64,000 nt of DNA from a bacterium (GCA_030615605.1 JAUWYY010000008.1:26323-90322); one strand, 5' to 3'. Shown: positions 47,313 through 57,959, numbered from the stretch's first letter. Translations and numbers: made by a program. Notes: generated by a model from the sequence alone, not told the origin.

Positions 47313-48305
47313 ATGAGATACCGACCCTTAGGGCAATCAGGAATTGAAGCATCCGTTGTTGCATTCGGAGCATGGGCAATCGGTGGATGGTATTGGGGGG
47401 GAACGGACGAGACTCAATCAATAGACGCCATTCATGCGGCCCTTGACGCCGGAGTAAACTTCATTGACACCGCTCCCGCCTACGGACTGGGACATTCTGA
47501 GATGATCGTCGGGCAAGCCATTGCTGGACAGCGGGATCAGGTAGTAATTGCCACCAAATGTGGCCTGGTATGGCACACTCAAAAAGGAAAGCCGCACTTC
47601 CAAGAGTACGGCAAGCACGTATACCGATACCTTGGTGCTGAGTCAATTCGCTACGAAATTGAAGAGAGTCTCAGGCGACTTCAAACTGACTACATAGACC
47701 TCTATCAGACCCACCGGCAGGATCCAACTACCTCCATCGAGGAGACTATGGGGACACTCCTGGAGCTGAAACACCAGGGCAAGATTCGGGCCATCGGCGT
47801 CAGCAATGCGACTGCTGATGACATGGAACAGTACCGTAAGCTGGGGTCTTTGGATAGCGACCAGGAAAGATATAGCATGCTTGACCAGCACATCGAAGAA
47901 GAGCAACTGCCCTACTGCCGGAACCAGGGTATTGCGGTGCTCGCGTACTCCCCCCTCGAACAGGGTCTCCTAACCGGCAAGGTCACCGCCGGAAGGGAAT
48001 TTGCCGAAGATGACTGGCGCACCGAAAAACCGGGGTTTGATATGGACAGTCGCAGGGCAATAAACGCAATGCTGAAAGAAGACTTCCAACCTATCGCTGA
48101 CCGCCATGGTTTGACCTTCGCTCAACTAGCGATCGCCTGGACCATCGCCCAGCCTGGTCTGACCCACGCTCTGGTGGGCGCGCGCAACTTGCAACAGGCT
48201 ACTGAAAACGCAGCAGCAGGTGATGTACTCCTCAGCTCACAAGAGAGTGCTGCCATGAACCAAGCCGTCCGCAAGCGGGGGCTTTTCAACTTCACCTTTC
48301 GCTAG
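47313..48305 (+). CDS. Aldo/keto reductase
   Basis: MRYRPLGQSG, FGAWAIGG, IDTAPAYG.GHSE, ATKCG, YSPLEQGLLTGK. Confidence 0.93.
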   Translation: MRYRPLGQSGIEASVVAFGAWAIGGWYWGGTDETQSIDAIHAALDAGVNFIDTAPAYGLGHSEMIVGQAIAGQRDQVVIATKCGLVWHTQKGKPHFQEYGKHVYRYLGAESIRYEIEESLRRLQTDYIDLYQTHRQDPTTSIEETMGTLLELKHQGKIRAIGVSNATADDMEQYRKLGSLDSDQERYSMLDQHIEEEQLPYCRNQGIAVLAYSPLEQGLLTGKVTAGREFAEDDWRTEKPGFDMDSRRAINAMLKEDFQPIADRHGLTFAQLAIAWTIAQPGLTHALVGARNLQQATENAAAGDVLLSSQESAAMNQAVRKRGLFNFTFR

Positions 48306-48376
48306 TGGCTGTGATGAGCCCCAATTGTAGGAGGCACGTCACGAATGTCCTACTCGCCAACTGGCCCTCTGATGCA

Positions 48377-48415
48377 GACAAAGCCCGCTGGCCTCAATCG
48401 CAAGCGGGCTTTGTC
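48377..48415. terminator. Hairpin between convergent genes (likely bidirectional terminator)
   Basis: 13-bp perfect stem GACAAAGCCCGCT...AGCGGGCTTTGTC. Confidence 0.7.
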
Positions 48416-48483
48416 AGTTGCTTGTTTTTGCGCGCAGCGCCGGATTCTGGCAGCCGGTGTTAGTCTTCGTCTGCAACTTCCAC

Positions 48484-49167
48484 TTATTGGGTTTGACTTT
48501 CTGGTTCGTCTGCAGCCTCAGGTTCTGCCCCTGCGCCACCCTCAGCGAACACCTCTTCTTCAGCTTCAGCCTCCACAACTTCCTCTGCGCCTTCGGCTAT
48601 CGCTTCCTGCTTATCCTCCTCAATCTCTTCTTTGGCATACGGATTGACAATCTCTCGGTCCATCATCTCTTCGACGGGTATACCCCGTCGTTGCGCGACT
48701 TCCTCAGGATTCCGCAATTCCGACAGCGCCCTAAAACAGGCCTTGGCGCGGTTCATCACATTGCCGCTGCCCAGCGACTTGGTAAGTATGTCGCGGATAC
48801 CGCTGATCTCGATCAGTTGCCTCACTGCACCACCAGCGACGATACCGGTACCCCGTGATGCCGGCCTCAGCATAATAACGGCACCGCCGACTTTGGCCTG
48901 GACGACATGAGGAATGGTGTATCCATCCAGTGGAATGTCAATCATGTTCTTCTTCGCCTTGCGAATTCCCTTAGAAATCGCTTCCGGAACATTACGGGCC
49001 TTGCCTATCGCCAGACCGATGTGCCCGCGTTTATCGCCCACAGCAACTACAACGCGGGCACTCGATAACCGCCCACCCGCTACGGTCTTCCGAGTGCGGT
49101 CAATCCGGATTACTCGATCCTCTAGCTCTTCTGCCGCCAACTTGTCACGCTCTGATACTGTGGCCAA
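48484..49167 (-). CDS. rpsE: 30S ribosomal protein S5 with acidic C-terminal extension
   Basis: RTRKTVAGGR, VPEAISKG, LRPASRGTGIVAGG, DILTKSLGS.N; AGGAGG RBS. Confidence 0.95.
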   Translation of the reverse strand: MATVSERDKLAAEELEDRVIRIDRTRKTVAGGRLSSARVVVAVGDKRGHIGLAIGKARNVPEAISKGIRKAKKNMIDIPLDGYTIPHVVQAKVGGAVIMLRPASRGTGIVAGGAVRQLIEISGIRDILTKSLGSGNVMNRAKACFRALSELRNPEEVAQRRGIPVEEMMDREIVNPYAKEEIEEDKQEAIAEGAEEVVEAEAEEEVFAEGGAGAEPEAADEPESQTQ

Positions 49168-49217
49168 TACAATCCAACCTCCTGAATAAGATAGCCTCCC
49201 GCATGGGAGGGTGATTC

Positions 49218-49246
49218 ATTTTACCGCATTAGCCAGCACCTGTCAA
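49218..49246 (-). promoter_or_regulatory. Consensus sigma70 promoter of rpsE
   Basis: Minus strand TTGACA-17 nt-TAAAAT. Confidence 0.75.
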
Positions 49247-49669
49247 CCTGTTCGGCGCCTGGGCAGCGCCTCTTGGCTTCTACTCTCGCCGCTTTCCCTC
49301 ACCCTGTGCCTCCTTGCTCAACACCACAAAGCACGATCAGCCCGCCGCAAGTGCTTGCATTCTTCGATACCAAATAACCGCTGAGCAAAACAACCCCGCG
49401 ACGACTGTCCTTCTCACAGGGCCACAAGCAATATGACAATCAATTCCAATTTGGTGGGGGCTTCTATGGCCCGCGACATTTCGCTAGGCAAGCATCTCGC
49501 GCAGCCGTCTGCAGCACAACTGCCGGGGTATACTGACTTGAACAACCCGTAAGGCCAGGAGCAATAGAACATACGTTTCAGTTCGCAGGAAAATGTTCCT
49601 GACGCGGCAAACCGTTGAATGTACACTCTTGCACAGACCGGAAGCAGGGCCCTTCAGAGGATGGCCAAC

Positions 49670-50545
49670 TCAAAGATAGTCCCCCGGGGCAATGTGCTCC
49701 GCGATTCGTTGCAGCTCCTCGGCGTCGCTAAATCGAATAAGGATCGTTCCCCCACCGCTCTTCCTGGGCTGCACCTTGACCTCAGTGGCTAGGGTTTCCT
49801 GGAGATGCTCGCTAAGCGCCATCAAGTGAGGATCCGGTGGCACGATCCGGGAGGAGCGCCGGGCCTCTGCTGCTGGCTTATCCCGTCCCAGCACCTCGCG
49901 CACCAGTTCCTCAGTAGCACGAACGGAGAGTTCCCCGCTCTCGACCGCCCGCCATGCCTCTCGAAGCGAATGAAGGTCGTCTTCCAGGCTGAGCAAGGCA
50001 CGGCCGTGCCCTTCGCTGATATTGCCCTTCGCTAGGCTCGCCAGCACCTCCTCAGGTAGTTGCAGCAGCCGGAGTGTGTTAGTGATGGCGGAGCGACTCT
50101 TGCCGATATGCTGAGCCAGTTCTTCGTGAGTGAAGTCGAAGTCATCAACGAGCTGCTGATAGGCCCGGGCTCTCTCCACAGCATTGAGGTCTTCGCGATG
50201 CAGATTCTCGATCAAGGCCATCTCCAGAGCCTGCCGGTCCTCCACTTCCTCAACAATGCATGGTACAGTCTCCAGACCGGCTTGCTGGGCAGCTCGCCAG
50301 CGCCGCTCACCAAGGATGATCTGGTAGTTGTCACCGGCGGGCCGCACTAACAACGGCTGCAGTATGCCCTGCTGGCGAATTGATTCGGCTAATTCATCCA
50401 ATGCTGCAACATCATAGCCGCGCCGGGGCTGAAAGGGATTGGGCTGAAGCCGATCCGGCGTAACCTCTATCACTGCACGACTTTGCGACAGGGCATTGCT
50501 GGAAATAAGCTGACTGAGACCGCGTCCAAGGCGGGATCTACTCAT
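49670..50545 (-). CDS. parB: Chromosome partitioning protein ParB/Spo0J
   Basis: LGRGL, PNPFQPR, GERRWRA, ALIENLHREDLN, HTH, SEGHGRALL. Confidence 0.96.
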   Translation of the reverse strand: MSRSRLGRGLSQLISSNALSQSRAVIEVTPDRLQPNPFQPRRGYDVAALDELAESIRQQGILQPLLVRPAGDNYQIILGERRWRAAQQAGLETVPCIVEEVEDRQALEMALIENLHREDLNAVERARAYQQLVDDFDFTHEELAQHIGKSRSAITNTLRLLQLPEEVLASLAKGNISEGHGRALLSLEDDLHSLREAWRAVESGELSVRATEELVREVLGRDKPAAEARRSSRIVPPDPHLMALSEHLQETLATEVKVQPRKSGGGTILIRFSDAEELQRIAEHIAPGDYL

Positions 50546-51314
50546 GGGGGAATACCTCCTCGTAAAGTCGCCAGTATGCTCGACTGCCGGCACAGTGCTT
50601 GTCGTAAAGCACAGCGGGGAGTCCATAGGACGGCGCCTCCGCCAACTGCACATTGCGGGGAATAACCGTCTGGTAGACTCGCCCCGGGAAGTTCTCGCGG
50701 ACCTCCCGCTCAACCTCAGCGGCCAGGTTGGTGCGCGCATCATACATCGTCAGCGCCACACCATTGAGGCGTAAACTGGGGTTGAGTTGACTCTGAACGA
50801 GCTGAATAACCTCCAACAACTGCGTCAGACCCTCCAGCGCATAGTATTCGCACTGAATAGGGATAATGATCTGCTGAACAGCAGTGAGGCTATTCATCGT
50901 CAGCAACCCCAAAGAAGGAGCTGTGTCAACAATAATGATATCGTAGCGCTCGTAGGCAGTTTCCAAGGCATGCTGCAGTTTGGTCTCTCGAGCAATAGCA
51001 GTGACCAGAGCTATAGAAGCCCCCGCCAGATTGATTGTAGCTGGCACCACCGAAAGGTTCTCAACCGATGTGGGGGTCACTACCTCCGGAAACAGTTGCG
51101 CGGGATCTATAGCAGTAGAAGTAAGCAGATCATAGATACACTGGTCCAATACCGAGCGATCAACACCACAACCACTGGTGGCGTTGCCCTGCGGGTCGGC
51201 ATCTACCAGCAGCACTTTATGGCCGTCCAGAGCCGCACAGGCAGCCAGATTGACTGCGGTGGTCGTCTTGCCGACACCGCCCTTCTGATTAACCACTGCA
51301 TAGGACAAAGCCAT
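50538..51314 (-). CDS. parA: Chromosome partitioning ATPase ParA/Soj
   Basis: NQKGGVGKTTT, DPQGNATSG, PIQCEYYALEGL, IPRNV.LAEAPSYG. Confidence 0.96.
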   Translation of the reverse strand: MALSYAVVNQKGGVGKTTTAVNLAACAALDGHKVLLVDADPQGNATSGCGVDRSVLDQCIYDLLTSTAIDPAQLFPEVVTPTSVENLSVVPATINLAGASIALVTAIARETKLQHALETAYERYDIIIVDTAPSLGLLTMNSLTAVQQIIIPIQCEYYALEGLTQLLEVIQLVQSQLNPSLRLNGVALTMYDARTNLAAEVEREVRENFPGRVYQTVIPRNVQLAEAPSYGLPAVLYDKHCAGSRAYWRLYEEVFPHE

Positions 51315-51361
51315 TAGCGCACCTCCGGCAGCATCTTAGCCAGCGGCTGGCAGGCAAGTGA

Positions 51362-52057
51362 TCACCAACTCGTTACTTGAGGTCTATACAGCGACGCCAC
51401 CAGACCCGGTACAACTGTCGGAGTGGTAGCTCGGTAGGGTAGCGAGGACTGGGGAGGACGGAAGCCTTCGTCCTCGGTCTGGTGCCAGGCCACTACATAT
51501 CCACCAGACATAGCCAAGGGCCCAGCCAGTTGCAGGGCTTGCCGGGACGAGGCCACCGCCCGGAAACAGACCAAATCGTACTGGGCAACGCTGGCAGTGG
51601 CCGCCGGGGTGGCGTCCTCCTGCCGGATCGTGACATTCTCCACCCCTAGCCGTTGAACAGTCCACTCCAGAAAGGTGGCTGTCTTGCTGCTGCGATCCAT
51701 CAATGTCACTTCCCAGCCAGGCTGGATAATACTCAGGGTCAAGCCCAAAGCGCCGGAGCCTGCCCCCAGGTCAACAACTCGTTTGACCTCGCCTGGTTCG
51801 ATAAGGTCGGATATCGCTAATGCTGGCGCCATGGCATACGAGAGAACGCTGGGCAGATCGGCATATTTAGACAGTCCCAGCGGTGGTGCCCTTTCTGCCA
51901 GCCATTGAGCCAAGTCAGCAATACGCTGCTGCTGATCATCAGATAGCAACCAGCCTTGAGCCTGGGCATAGTCAGCGAATTGCTGGCAACCTGGTATGGG
52001 TAGTGGTTTCACGTGAAACAGCTCCGGGTACTGATCAGCGGCTATACGTTGGCGCAA
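51362..52057 (-). CDS. rsmG: 16S rRNA m7G527 methyltransferase (divergent)
   Basis: VVDLGAGSGALG, YDLVCFRAV; conserved rsmG-parA-parB order; start uncertain. Confidence 0.75.
   Translation of the reverse strand: MRQRIAADQYPELFHVKPLPIPGCQQFADYAQAQGWLLSDDQQQRIADLAQWLAERAPPLGLSKYADLPSVLSYAMAPALAISDLIEPGEVKRVVDLGAGSGALGLTLSIIQPGWEVTLMDRSSKTATFLEWTVQRLGVENVTIRQEDATPAATASVAQYDLVCFRAVASSRQALQLAGPLAMSGGYVVAWHQTEDEGFRPPQSSLPYRATTPTVVPGLVASLYRPQVTSW
52005..52020. promoter_or_regulatory. parS site
   Basis: GGTTTCACGTGAAACA vs consensus TGTTTCACGTGAAACA. Confidence 0.9.
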
Positions 52058-52062
52058 GAATA

Positions 52063-52078
52063 GGTTTCACATGAAACA
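52063..52078. promoter_or_regulatory. parS site
   Basis: GGTTTCACATGAAACA, two mismatches to consensus, 58 bp from the first site. Confidence 0.8.
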
Positions 52079-52374
52079 TCTGACAACACTAATGAATAGT
52101 ATAGCACAAACTGCCGCTAAATGCAAGGCCAAAGTCCTGCTTGCGAAGAAAGGCAGGAAAGTACAAGGAAATGACCGTATTGCTAGACAATGCTCCTCAA
52201 TGCGCTCGTAACTAGCAATATGACCCCTGCGGCATGCCATAATCCGAAAGATGCCGGCCTGATCCAGCAAATAGAGGGGAAAGCAGCAAGAGTGGAGAAT
52301 GTATCATAAGCTGCTTCTGCCCGCATACCAACCGGGCGGGAATAGGAATACCAACAACAACGGAGGTGTGCACA

Positions 52375-53475
52375 ATGCCCAAGCTTTTTGGCCAACATTA
52401 CTCGCGTGATGAGTTGTTGCGAAAGGTGGGGAGCGTCGATCAACTTGGTGGCGTCCGTCAGATTACCCTCGCCGACGGGAAGGCCAGAGCCAGCCGCGCC
52501 GTCGAATTTCGTACGGGAACCGGTCTGTGCTTCACTGCCGTCGCCGACCGGGCTTTGGATATCTGTTCAGCCACGTATTGCGGCGCTTCGCTGTGCTGGC
52601 AGGCACCATGCGGCGTTGTTCATCCGGCCTATTATGAGCCGGAGGGACTGGGGTGGCTGCGCAGCTTCTTTGGGGGTCTGTTGGTGACTTGTGGTATGAC
52701 CTGGATTGGAGCACCGCACGACGACCCGGCCGGCGGGGTCGAGGCACACAGTGACCTGGGCCTGCACGGCAGGATCACCCACATCCCAGCCGAGAATCTC
52801 TACGTGGACGGAGCCTGGGAGGGCGATGAATACACTATGTGGGCTCAAGGCAATATGCGGGAGACAATGCTATTTGGCCCCAACTTGCTTCTGGCCCGCA
52901 AAGTCTGGACCCGCCTGGGGGAGAATCGAATCTGGATAGATGATGAAGTCACCAACGAGGGGTTCGGCGAGCAGGAGCATATGTTGATGTATCACTGCAA
53001 CATAGGCTTCCCCGTAGCCGACGAGCACAGCGAATACCTATTCGCCTCCGAGCAAGTGATCCCTCTCACAGAGTTGGCTGACGAATGTGCTGAGCAGTGG
53101 GACAAGTTCGCGGCTCCCAATCCCCACCAGGAGGAGCTATGTTACTATCACCGCCTGCGGGGAAACCCAGATGGTACCACCTATGTTGCCTTCGTGAACC
53201 GAGAATTCAACAGCGGTCAGGGGCTAGGGGTATACCTGAAGTTTAATCTCGAACAGATGCCGTGGTTGCTCCAGTGGAAGATGCCCGGGGTACAGGCGTA
53301 CGTAACAGGTATCGAGCCGGCCACCGGCCAGGGCGGCGACCGGCCTGGAGAACGCGAAAGTGGGCGGATGATTACCATCGCCCCGCAGCAGTCGCGGAAG
53401 TACAATCTGGAGATTGGAGTCCTCACCAATGAGGCAGACATAGGGGCGATTGAGGACATTATTTCGAATCTCTAG
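52375..53475 (+). CDS. Aldose 1-epimerase-like protein (DUF4432)
   Basis: FRTGTGL...DRALDI, GWLRSFFGGLLVTCG, GLHGRI, MYHCNIGFP, GIEP. Confidence 0.85.
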   Translation: MPKLFGQHYSRDELLRKVGSVDQLGGVRQITLADGKARASRAVEFRTGTGLCFTAVADRALDICSATYCGASLCWQAPCGVVHPAYYEPEGLGWLRSFFGGLLVTCGMTWIGAPHDDPAGGVEAHSDLGLHGRITHIPAENLYVDGAWEGDEYTMWAQGNMRETMLFGPNLLLARKVWTRLGENRIWIDDEVTNEGFGEQEHMLMYHCNIGFPVADEHSEYLFASEQVIPLTELADECAEQWDKFAAPNPHQEELCYYHRLRGNPDGTTYVAFVNREFNSGQGLGVYLKFNLEQMPWLLQWKMPGVQAYVTGIEPATGQGGDRPGERESGRMITIAPQQSRKYNLEIGVLTNEADIGAIEDIISNL

Positions 53476-53786
53476 GCAGTGGGACCACTAGATCCTGGCG
53501 CCGACGCCACCAGGAGGCCATCGGGCCAGCAATAGATAGAACATACGTACGACCCCAGGCAAGCTAGCACAGTCTTCTAAGTACCCTACTGGCTGCAGCA
53601 CACCTCCCAATCAGGTTGTGGTGTTCCTATGCGAGTAGGCGGTCAGGCACTGGAACATACATTCCATAGATAAGATAGGACAGACAAGAGGACGGTCAAC
53701 GCTACAGAGACGCGCACCACGGCAGAGGGCACAATAGGTATGCAGAGCAGAGAGCTTCCAATATTGAGGCAAGGGCTGCGCGGACC

Positions 53787-54302
53787 TCAATCGGGTGAGG
53801 AAAAGTGACTCAGGGTATACTGGATGCCCTGCTTCAGTTCATTGGTACTGATGCGCCCGCCGAGGAATTCAGCTTGCAGCAGCTTGTTAAATTCACCGAA
53901 TAGTTGGCTGCGCGTTTTGCCCTCAGCTACCCACGAATCGATCTGCTTGTGGAGTTGCTCCAGTCGTCGACCCGGGATCGCCCGTACATGCCTGTTCATC
54001 ATCGCCAGGACCTGCTGGGGCTCATTAGTTACTACAGTTCTTTCCAGTGCATCTCCCAGGAAACTGAACTCAGCGCTTTGATGATCGTACTCCACATTAA
54101 CCTGGCAAGTTGAGCCGCCGGGAGTCTCATAGATGACTGCTATGTTGGTAACCATCTGCTCTTCTCGAGCCCAATCCGAGCACTCGCAGCGCAGATTACC
54201 ATACCCTATACGCTGTTCTTCAACCATCGTACGCGAATTGATCAGATCTTCTACGCCGGTCCTTACCCTTTGTAGACCGTTATCCTCTGGCCTGCCAGAC
54301 AC
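53787..54302 (-). CDS. Hypothetical protein
   Basis: 171-aa ORF, GTG start with AAGGAGG RBS. Confidence 0.65.
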   Translation of the reverse strand: MSGRPEDNGLQRVRTGVEDLINSRTMVEEQRIGYGNLRCECSDWAREEQMVTNIAVIYETPGGSTCQVNVEYDHQSAEFSFLGDALERTVVTNEPQQVLAMMNRHVRAIPGRRLEQLHKQIDSWVAEGKTRSQLFGEFNKLLQAEFLGGRISTNELKQGIQYTLSHFSSPD

Positions 54303-54549
54303 TACACAAACCTCCTTGCTGAATAATCACGCAGGTCATTCTACCACATACGGGCCTGCAAATCAACCGAAATCTTATGGACCCCGCAAGAACGACGAAT
54401 TAACTGCCCAAGGAAAAAGCCAATATTCCGCGAACAGTCGCCTGCCAGGGCAGCAACCATAATAGCCTGCAATTCCTACGCCACAGCAGCGTGACTTGAC
54501 CACGGATGAAGCGGTGGCAACGTCAGTCAGCCGAGGATAACTAACCTCT

Positions 54550-55732
54550 ATGGCAAACCAGCGTACCATACTCCACGTGGACATGGATGCGTTCTTTGCG
54601 GCCGTCGAGCAGCGCGATAATCCCACCTTACGGGGAAAGCCGGTAGCAGTGGGTGGCTCTGCGGAAAGCCGAGGGGTGGTTGCAGCGGCTTCCTATGAGG
54701 CCCGCCGGTATGGCATTCGTTCGGCCATGCCCACCGCTGAGGCCCAGCAGCGTTGCCCACAATTGATTCTCGTGGCCCCTGACCACACCAAATATCGTCG
54801 GGTCTCCGGGCAGATAATGGCATTACTGGCTGAGTATACGCCGCTGGTCGAGCAAGTGTCAGTAGACGAAGCCTTCCTGGATGTGACCGGCTCCTTGCGG
54901 CTGCATGGCAGTGCCACGCATATCGGCCAGCAGATTCGCCAGCGCATCAGCCAGGACTTTCAGTTGACTGCGTCAGTAGGTATCGGGTCCAACAAATTTG
55001 TGGCTAAGCTTGCTTCCGAGCAGGCCAAGCCCGACGGGCTGCTGGAAATCAAGCTCGGCGAAGTGGCGCAGTCCCCTTGCTCCGCTGCCAGTTGCTGCCC
55101 TGTGGGGAGTGGGAGAGGCGACTGCGGATAAGCTACACCGGCTGGGCTTCGCCAACATCGGTCAGCTCCAGCACTGCGATGTTGATGAGCTGGTTGCCCA
55201 GTTTGGCAAGCACGGCCGGAGGCTGGCGCAGCTTGCCCGAGGCAAGGACGATAGCCCCATCCAGACCGACCGGGACCGCAAATCAGTCAGCCACGAACAG
55301 ACTTTCGCTGAAGATACCAAAGACAGGCAGTTTCTGCGCGCCAAGCTGCTGGAGCTGTCAGAGCAGGTCGGCCACCGATTGCGCTCTAGCCAGTTTAAGG
55401 GTAGAACTGTGACGCTCAAGCTGCGCTTTTCCGATTTTCATACTATAACCCGCAGTACCACTTTGGCCGAGCCAACCAACTCCGACCAGCAGATATACCG
55501 AGCAGTCGGCGGCCTGCTGGACACAGTCAACCTGGCCCGGCGCAAGGTCCGACTGGTGGGTGTGGCGGTGAGCAAACTGGACACGGGTCAGCAGCCCCAG
55601 TTGCTTGCCACATCCAACTCCCGCGAGTCAGAGGTTGACAAGGCGATAGACGCGGTTCGGGAGCGTTTTGGGACTGACAGCGTGCGGCGCGCACGCCTGG
55701 CCGAGGATAATTCGCCCAAGGATAAGCCATAA
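54550..55732 (+). pseudogene. dinB: DNA polymerase IV, frameshifted at ~55073-55076
   Basis: HVDMDAFFA, AASYEAR, SVDEAFLD, KPDG in one frame; LWGVG and RKSVSHE.TF in the next frame; one extra base at CAGTCCCCTTGCT. Confidence 0.88.
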
Positions 55733-55822
55733 TGCTGAGCCACCAGCACGAACTTCCCTTTATCAAGGACGACGCGGTGGTCAGCAGCGCTGCTCAGCAG
55801 ATTCAACTTCGGGCGACTCTGA

Positions 55823-56593
55823 CTAGCTTCTGAGCTGCTCGAGGGCGGCGCGGCTGGTCTCGTAGATCATGCCGATATCGTAGCTATAGCACATAAAGAG
55901 GCCACCGCGCTCCACCCAGTACCGGACACCCTCGACACTCTGCACATGGATGCCCGGCGCTACGTCTTCAGCAGCGGCGGCCTGGAAAACCTTTTCTACT
56001 GACTGAGTAAGCTGAGGATTGTCCGCCTGACCCGGTATTCCCATGCTCACCGACAGGTCAGCCGGCCCCACGAAACAGGCCTCAATTCCCTCCACTGCGA
56101 AGATTTGTTGGCAGTTCTCAACCCCGGCTGCTGTCTCAATCTGGACGGCAATCATCGTCTCCTGGTTGGCCTCAGCCAGAAGCTCGGGAGTCAGGCCAGT
56201 CCCGTAGTCCTCACAGCCCATCATGTAGCCGCGGCCCCGCCCGCCCAGCGGGGGATACTTTGTCCATCTGATAATCTCACGGGCCTGCGCGACGCTCTCC
56301 ACGTTGGGAATGACAAAGCCAGTCGCGCCCAGGTCGAGCAGTTTGCTGAGCATCTGCTGAACGGTCAACGAGATCCGGAAAAAGACGGGCAGCCCAATCT
56401 CGCGGGCACAACGGATCATCATTGCGCAGCCTCGCAAATCCGCTCCGAAGTGCTCACAGTCGACAACGAACCAGTCATAGCCGGCGTTCTTAAGTATCTG
56501 GGGAACACTCGGTGAGATCATCTCAGCCAGCATTGTCCCGTAGGCAGGCTCACCCCGAGCCATTTTTTCTTTTACTGGATTTGCCATAGTCAT
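55823..56593 (-). CDS. HpcH/HpaI aldolase family protein
   Basis: DCEH, LDLGA.G...P, KYPPLGGRG, QIET, FVGPADLS. Confidence 0.92.
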   Translation of the reverse strand: MTMANPVKEKMARGEPAYGTMLAEMISPSVPQILKNAGYDWFVVDCEHFGADLRGCAMMIRCAREIGLPVFFRISLTVQQMLSKLLDLGATGFVIPNVESVAQAREIIRWTKYPPLGGRGRGYMMGCEDYGTGLTPELLAEANQETMIAVQIETAAGVENCQQIFAVEGIEACFVGPADLSVSMGIPGQADNPQLTQSVEKVFQAAAAEDVAPGIHVQSVEGVRYWVERGGLFMCYSYDIGMIYETSRAALEQLRS

Positions 56594-56789
56594 CCCTTCG
56601 CGACATCATTGTCTGCTCTCCTATACAATTCAGCGAACACAAGTATCAATCCTTCTCGAGCGGCGCACCTGGGCAATTGACTACCGCTGATGCAGCCATG
56701 ACAGGCAGAAACACTGCTCGCAGTTGCCAGCAGCGGCGATTTGTGTTAAAAGTATAGCTGCTGAGCAACTTGGATGGGAGGAAAAGCTA

Positions 56790-57890
56790 TTGTCTAACAT
56801 ATCTGACCTGGTTCGCGATAGCATAAAGCAGATAACACCATACTCCCCGGGGAAATCATCTCGCGAAGTCAAAGAAGAGCTGGGCCTGGCTGAAGTTGTC
56901 AAGCTGGCTTCCAACGAGAATCCACTGGGGCCGTGCCGCCGGGCAATCGAAGCGATGCAGCAGGCGGCAGCCGAGGTCTATTTCTATCCCGATCCACTCT
57001 GTCGAGATTTGACCGCGGCGCTGGCCGACAAGTGGGATGTTGATCCCGACGGAATTCTGGTGGGCCGCGGCTCGGACGAGATTATCCATATGATGGGGCT
57101 GGCCTTCGTCAATCCCGGCGAGGAGATTATCTACTCCGACCCGCCATTTGCACTCTACCCAATGACAACGGCGATGATGGATGGGCGTGCAGTGGTAGTG
57201 CCGTGCCGCGATTTCACCCACGACCTGGAGGCAATGGCGGCGGCAATCACCGACAATACCAAGCTGGTCTTCATAAGCAACCCGTACAATCCGACCGGAA
57301 CGATCGTCACCGCTGAGCAGGTCGGCGAGTTTATGGAGGCGATTCCCGACCACGTCATTGTGGGCTTTGACGAAGCGTACTATGAGTACGTGGACGACCC
57401 AGACTATCCCAACTGTCTGGACTATGTCCGCGAGGGACGTAAGGTGGTAGTGCTGCGTACCTTCTCGAAGGCGTATGGCCTGGCCGGGCTGCGCATCGGC
57501 TATGGCATAGCGCCGCCGGAAGTGGCCACGGCACTCAAGCAGGTGCGCGAGCCGTTCAACGTCAGCAACATCGCCCAGGCGGCGGCGCTGGCCAGCCTGG
57601 CCGACCCTGACCAGGTCCAGCGCAGCTTTCAACTCGTCCAGGATGGCAAGCAGTACCTGTACGAGCAATTCGAGCAGATGGGGCTGGACTATGTCCCCAC
57701 GCAGGCCAACTTCATCTTTGTGGACGTGGGGATTGATTCCCGGAAGTGCTTTGATGAGCTGATGCAACGGGGGGTAACCGTCCGCACCGGTGACATCTTC
57801 GGCCTTCCGACGCACATTCGCGTGACGATAGGGACAATGGAGCAGAACCGCAAGTTCATCGAGGCACTCCGAGACGTAGTCGCAAACTGA
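56790..57890 (+). CDS. hisC: Histidinol-phosphate/aromatic aminotransferase
   Basis: KLASNENPLG, GSDE, NPYNPTG, DEAYYEY, RTFSKAYGLAGLRIG; TTG start with GGGAGG RBS. Confidence 0.94.
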   Translation: MSNISDLVRDSIKQITPYSPGKSSREVKEELGLAEVVKLASNENPLGPCRRAIEAMQQAAAEVYFYPDPLCRDLTAALADKWDVDPDGILVGRGSDEIIHMMGLAFVNPGEEIIYSDPPFALYPMTTAMMDGRAVVVPCRDFTHDLEAMAAAITDNTKLVFISNPYNPTGTIVTAEQVGEFMEAIPDHVIVGFDEAYYEYVDDPDYPNCLDYVREGRKVVVLRTFSKAYGLAGLRIGYGIAPPEVATALKQVREPFNVSNIAQAAALASLADPDQVQRSFQLVQDGKQYLYEQFEQMGLDYVPTQANFIFVDVGIDSRKCFDELMQRGVTVRTGDIFGLPTHIRVTIGTMEQNRKFIEALRDVVAN

Positions 57891-57959
57891 ACGAACACAA
57901 CGTCTTACCCACAGTCAACTCAATTTGACATAGCAAGAGGCACGGAGGATCAAGTATAA

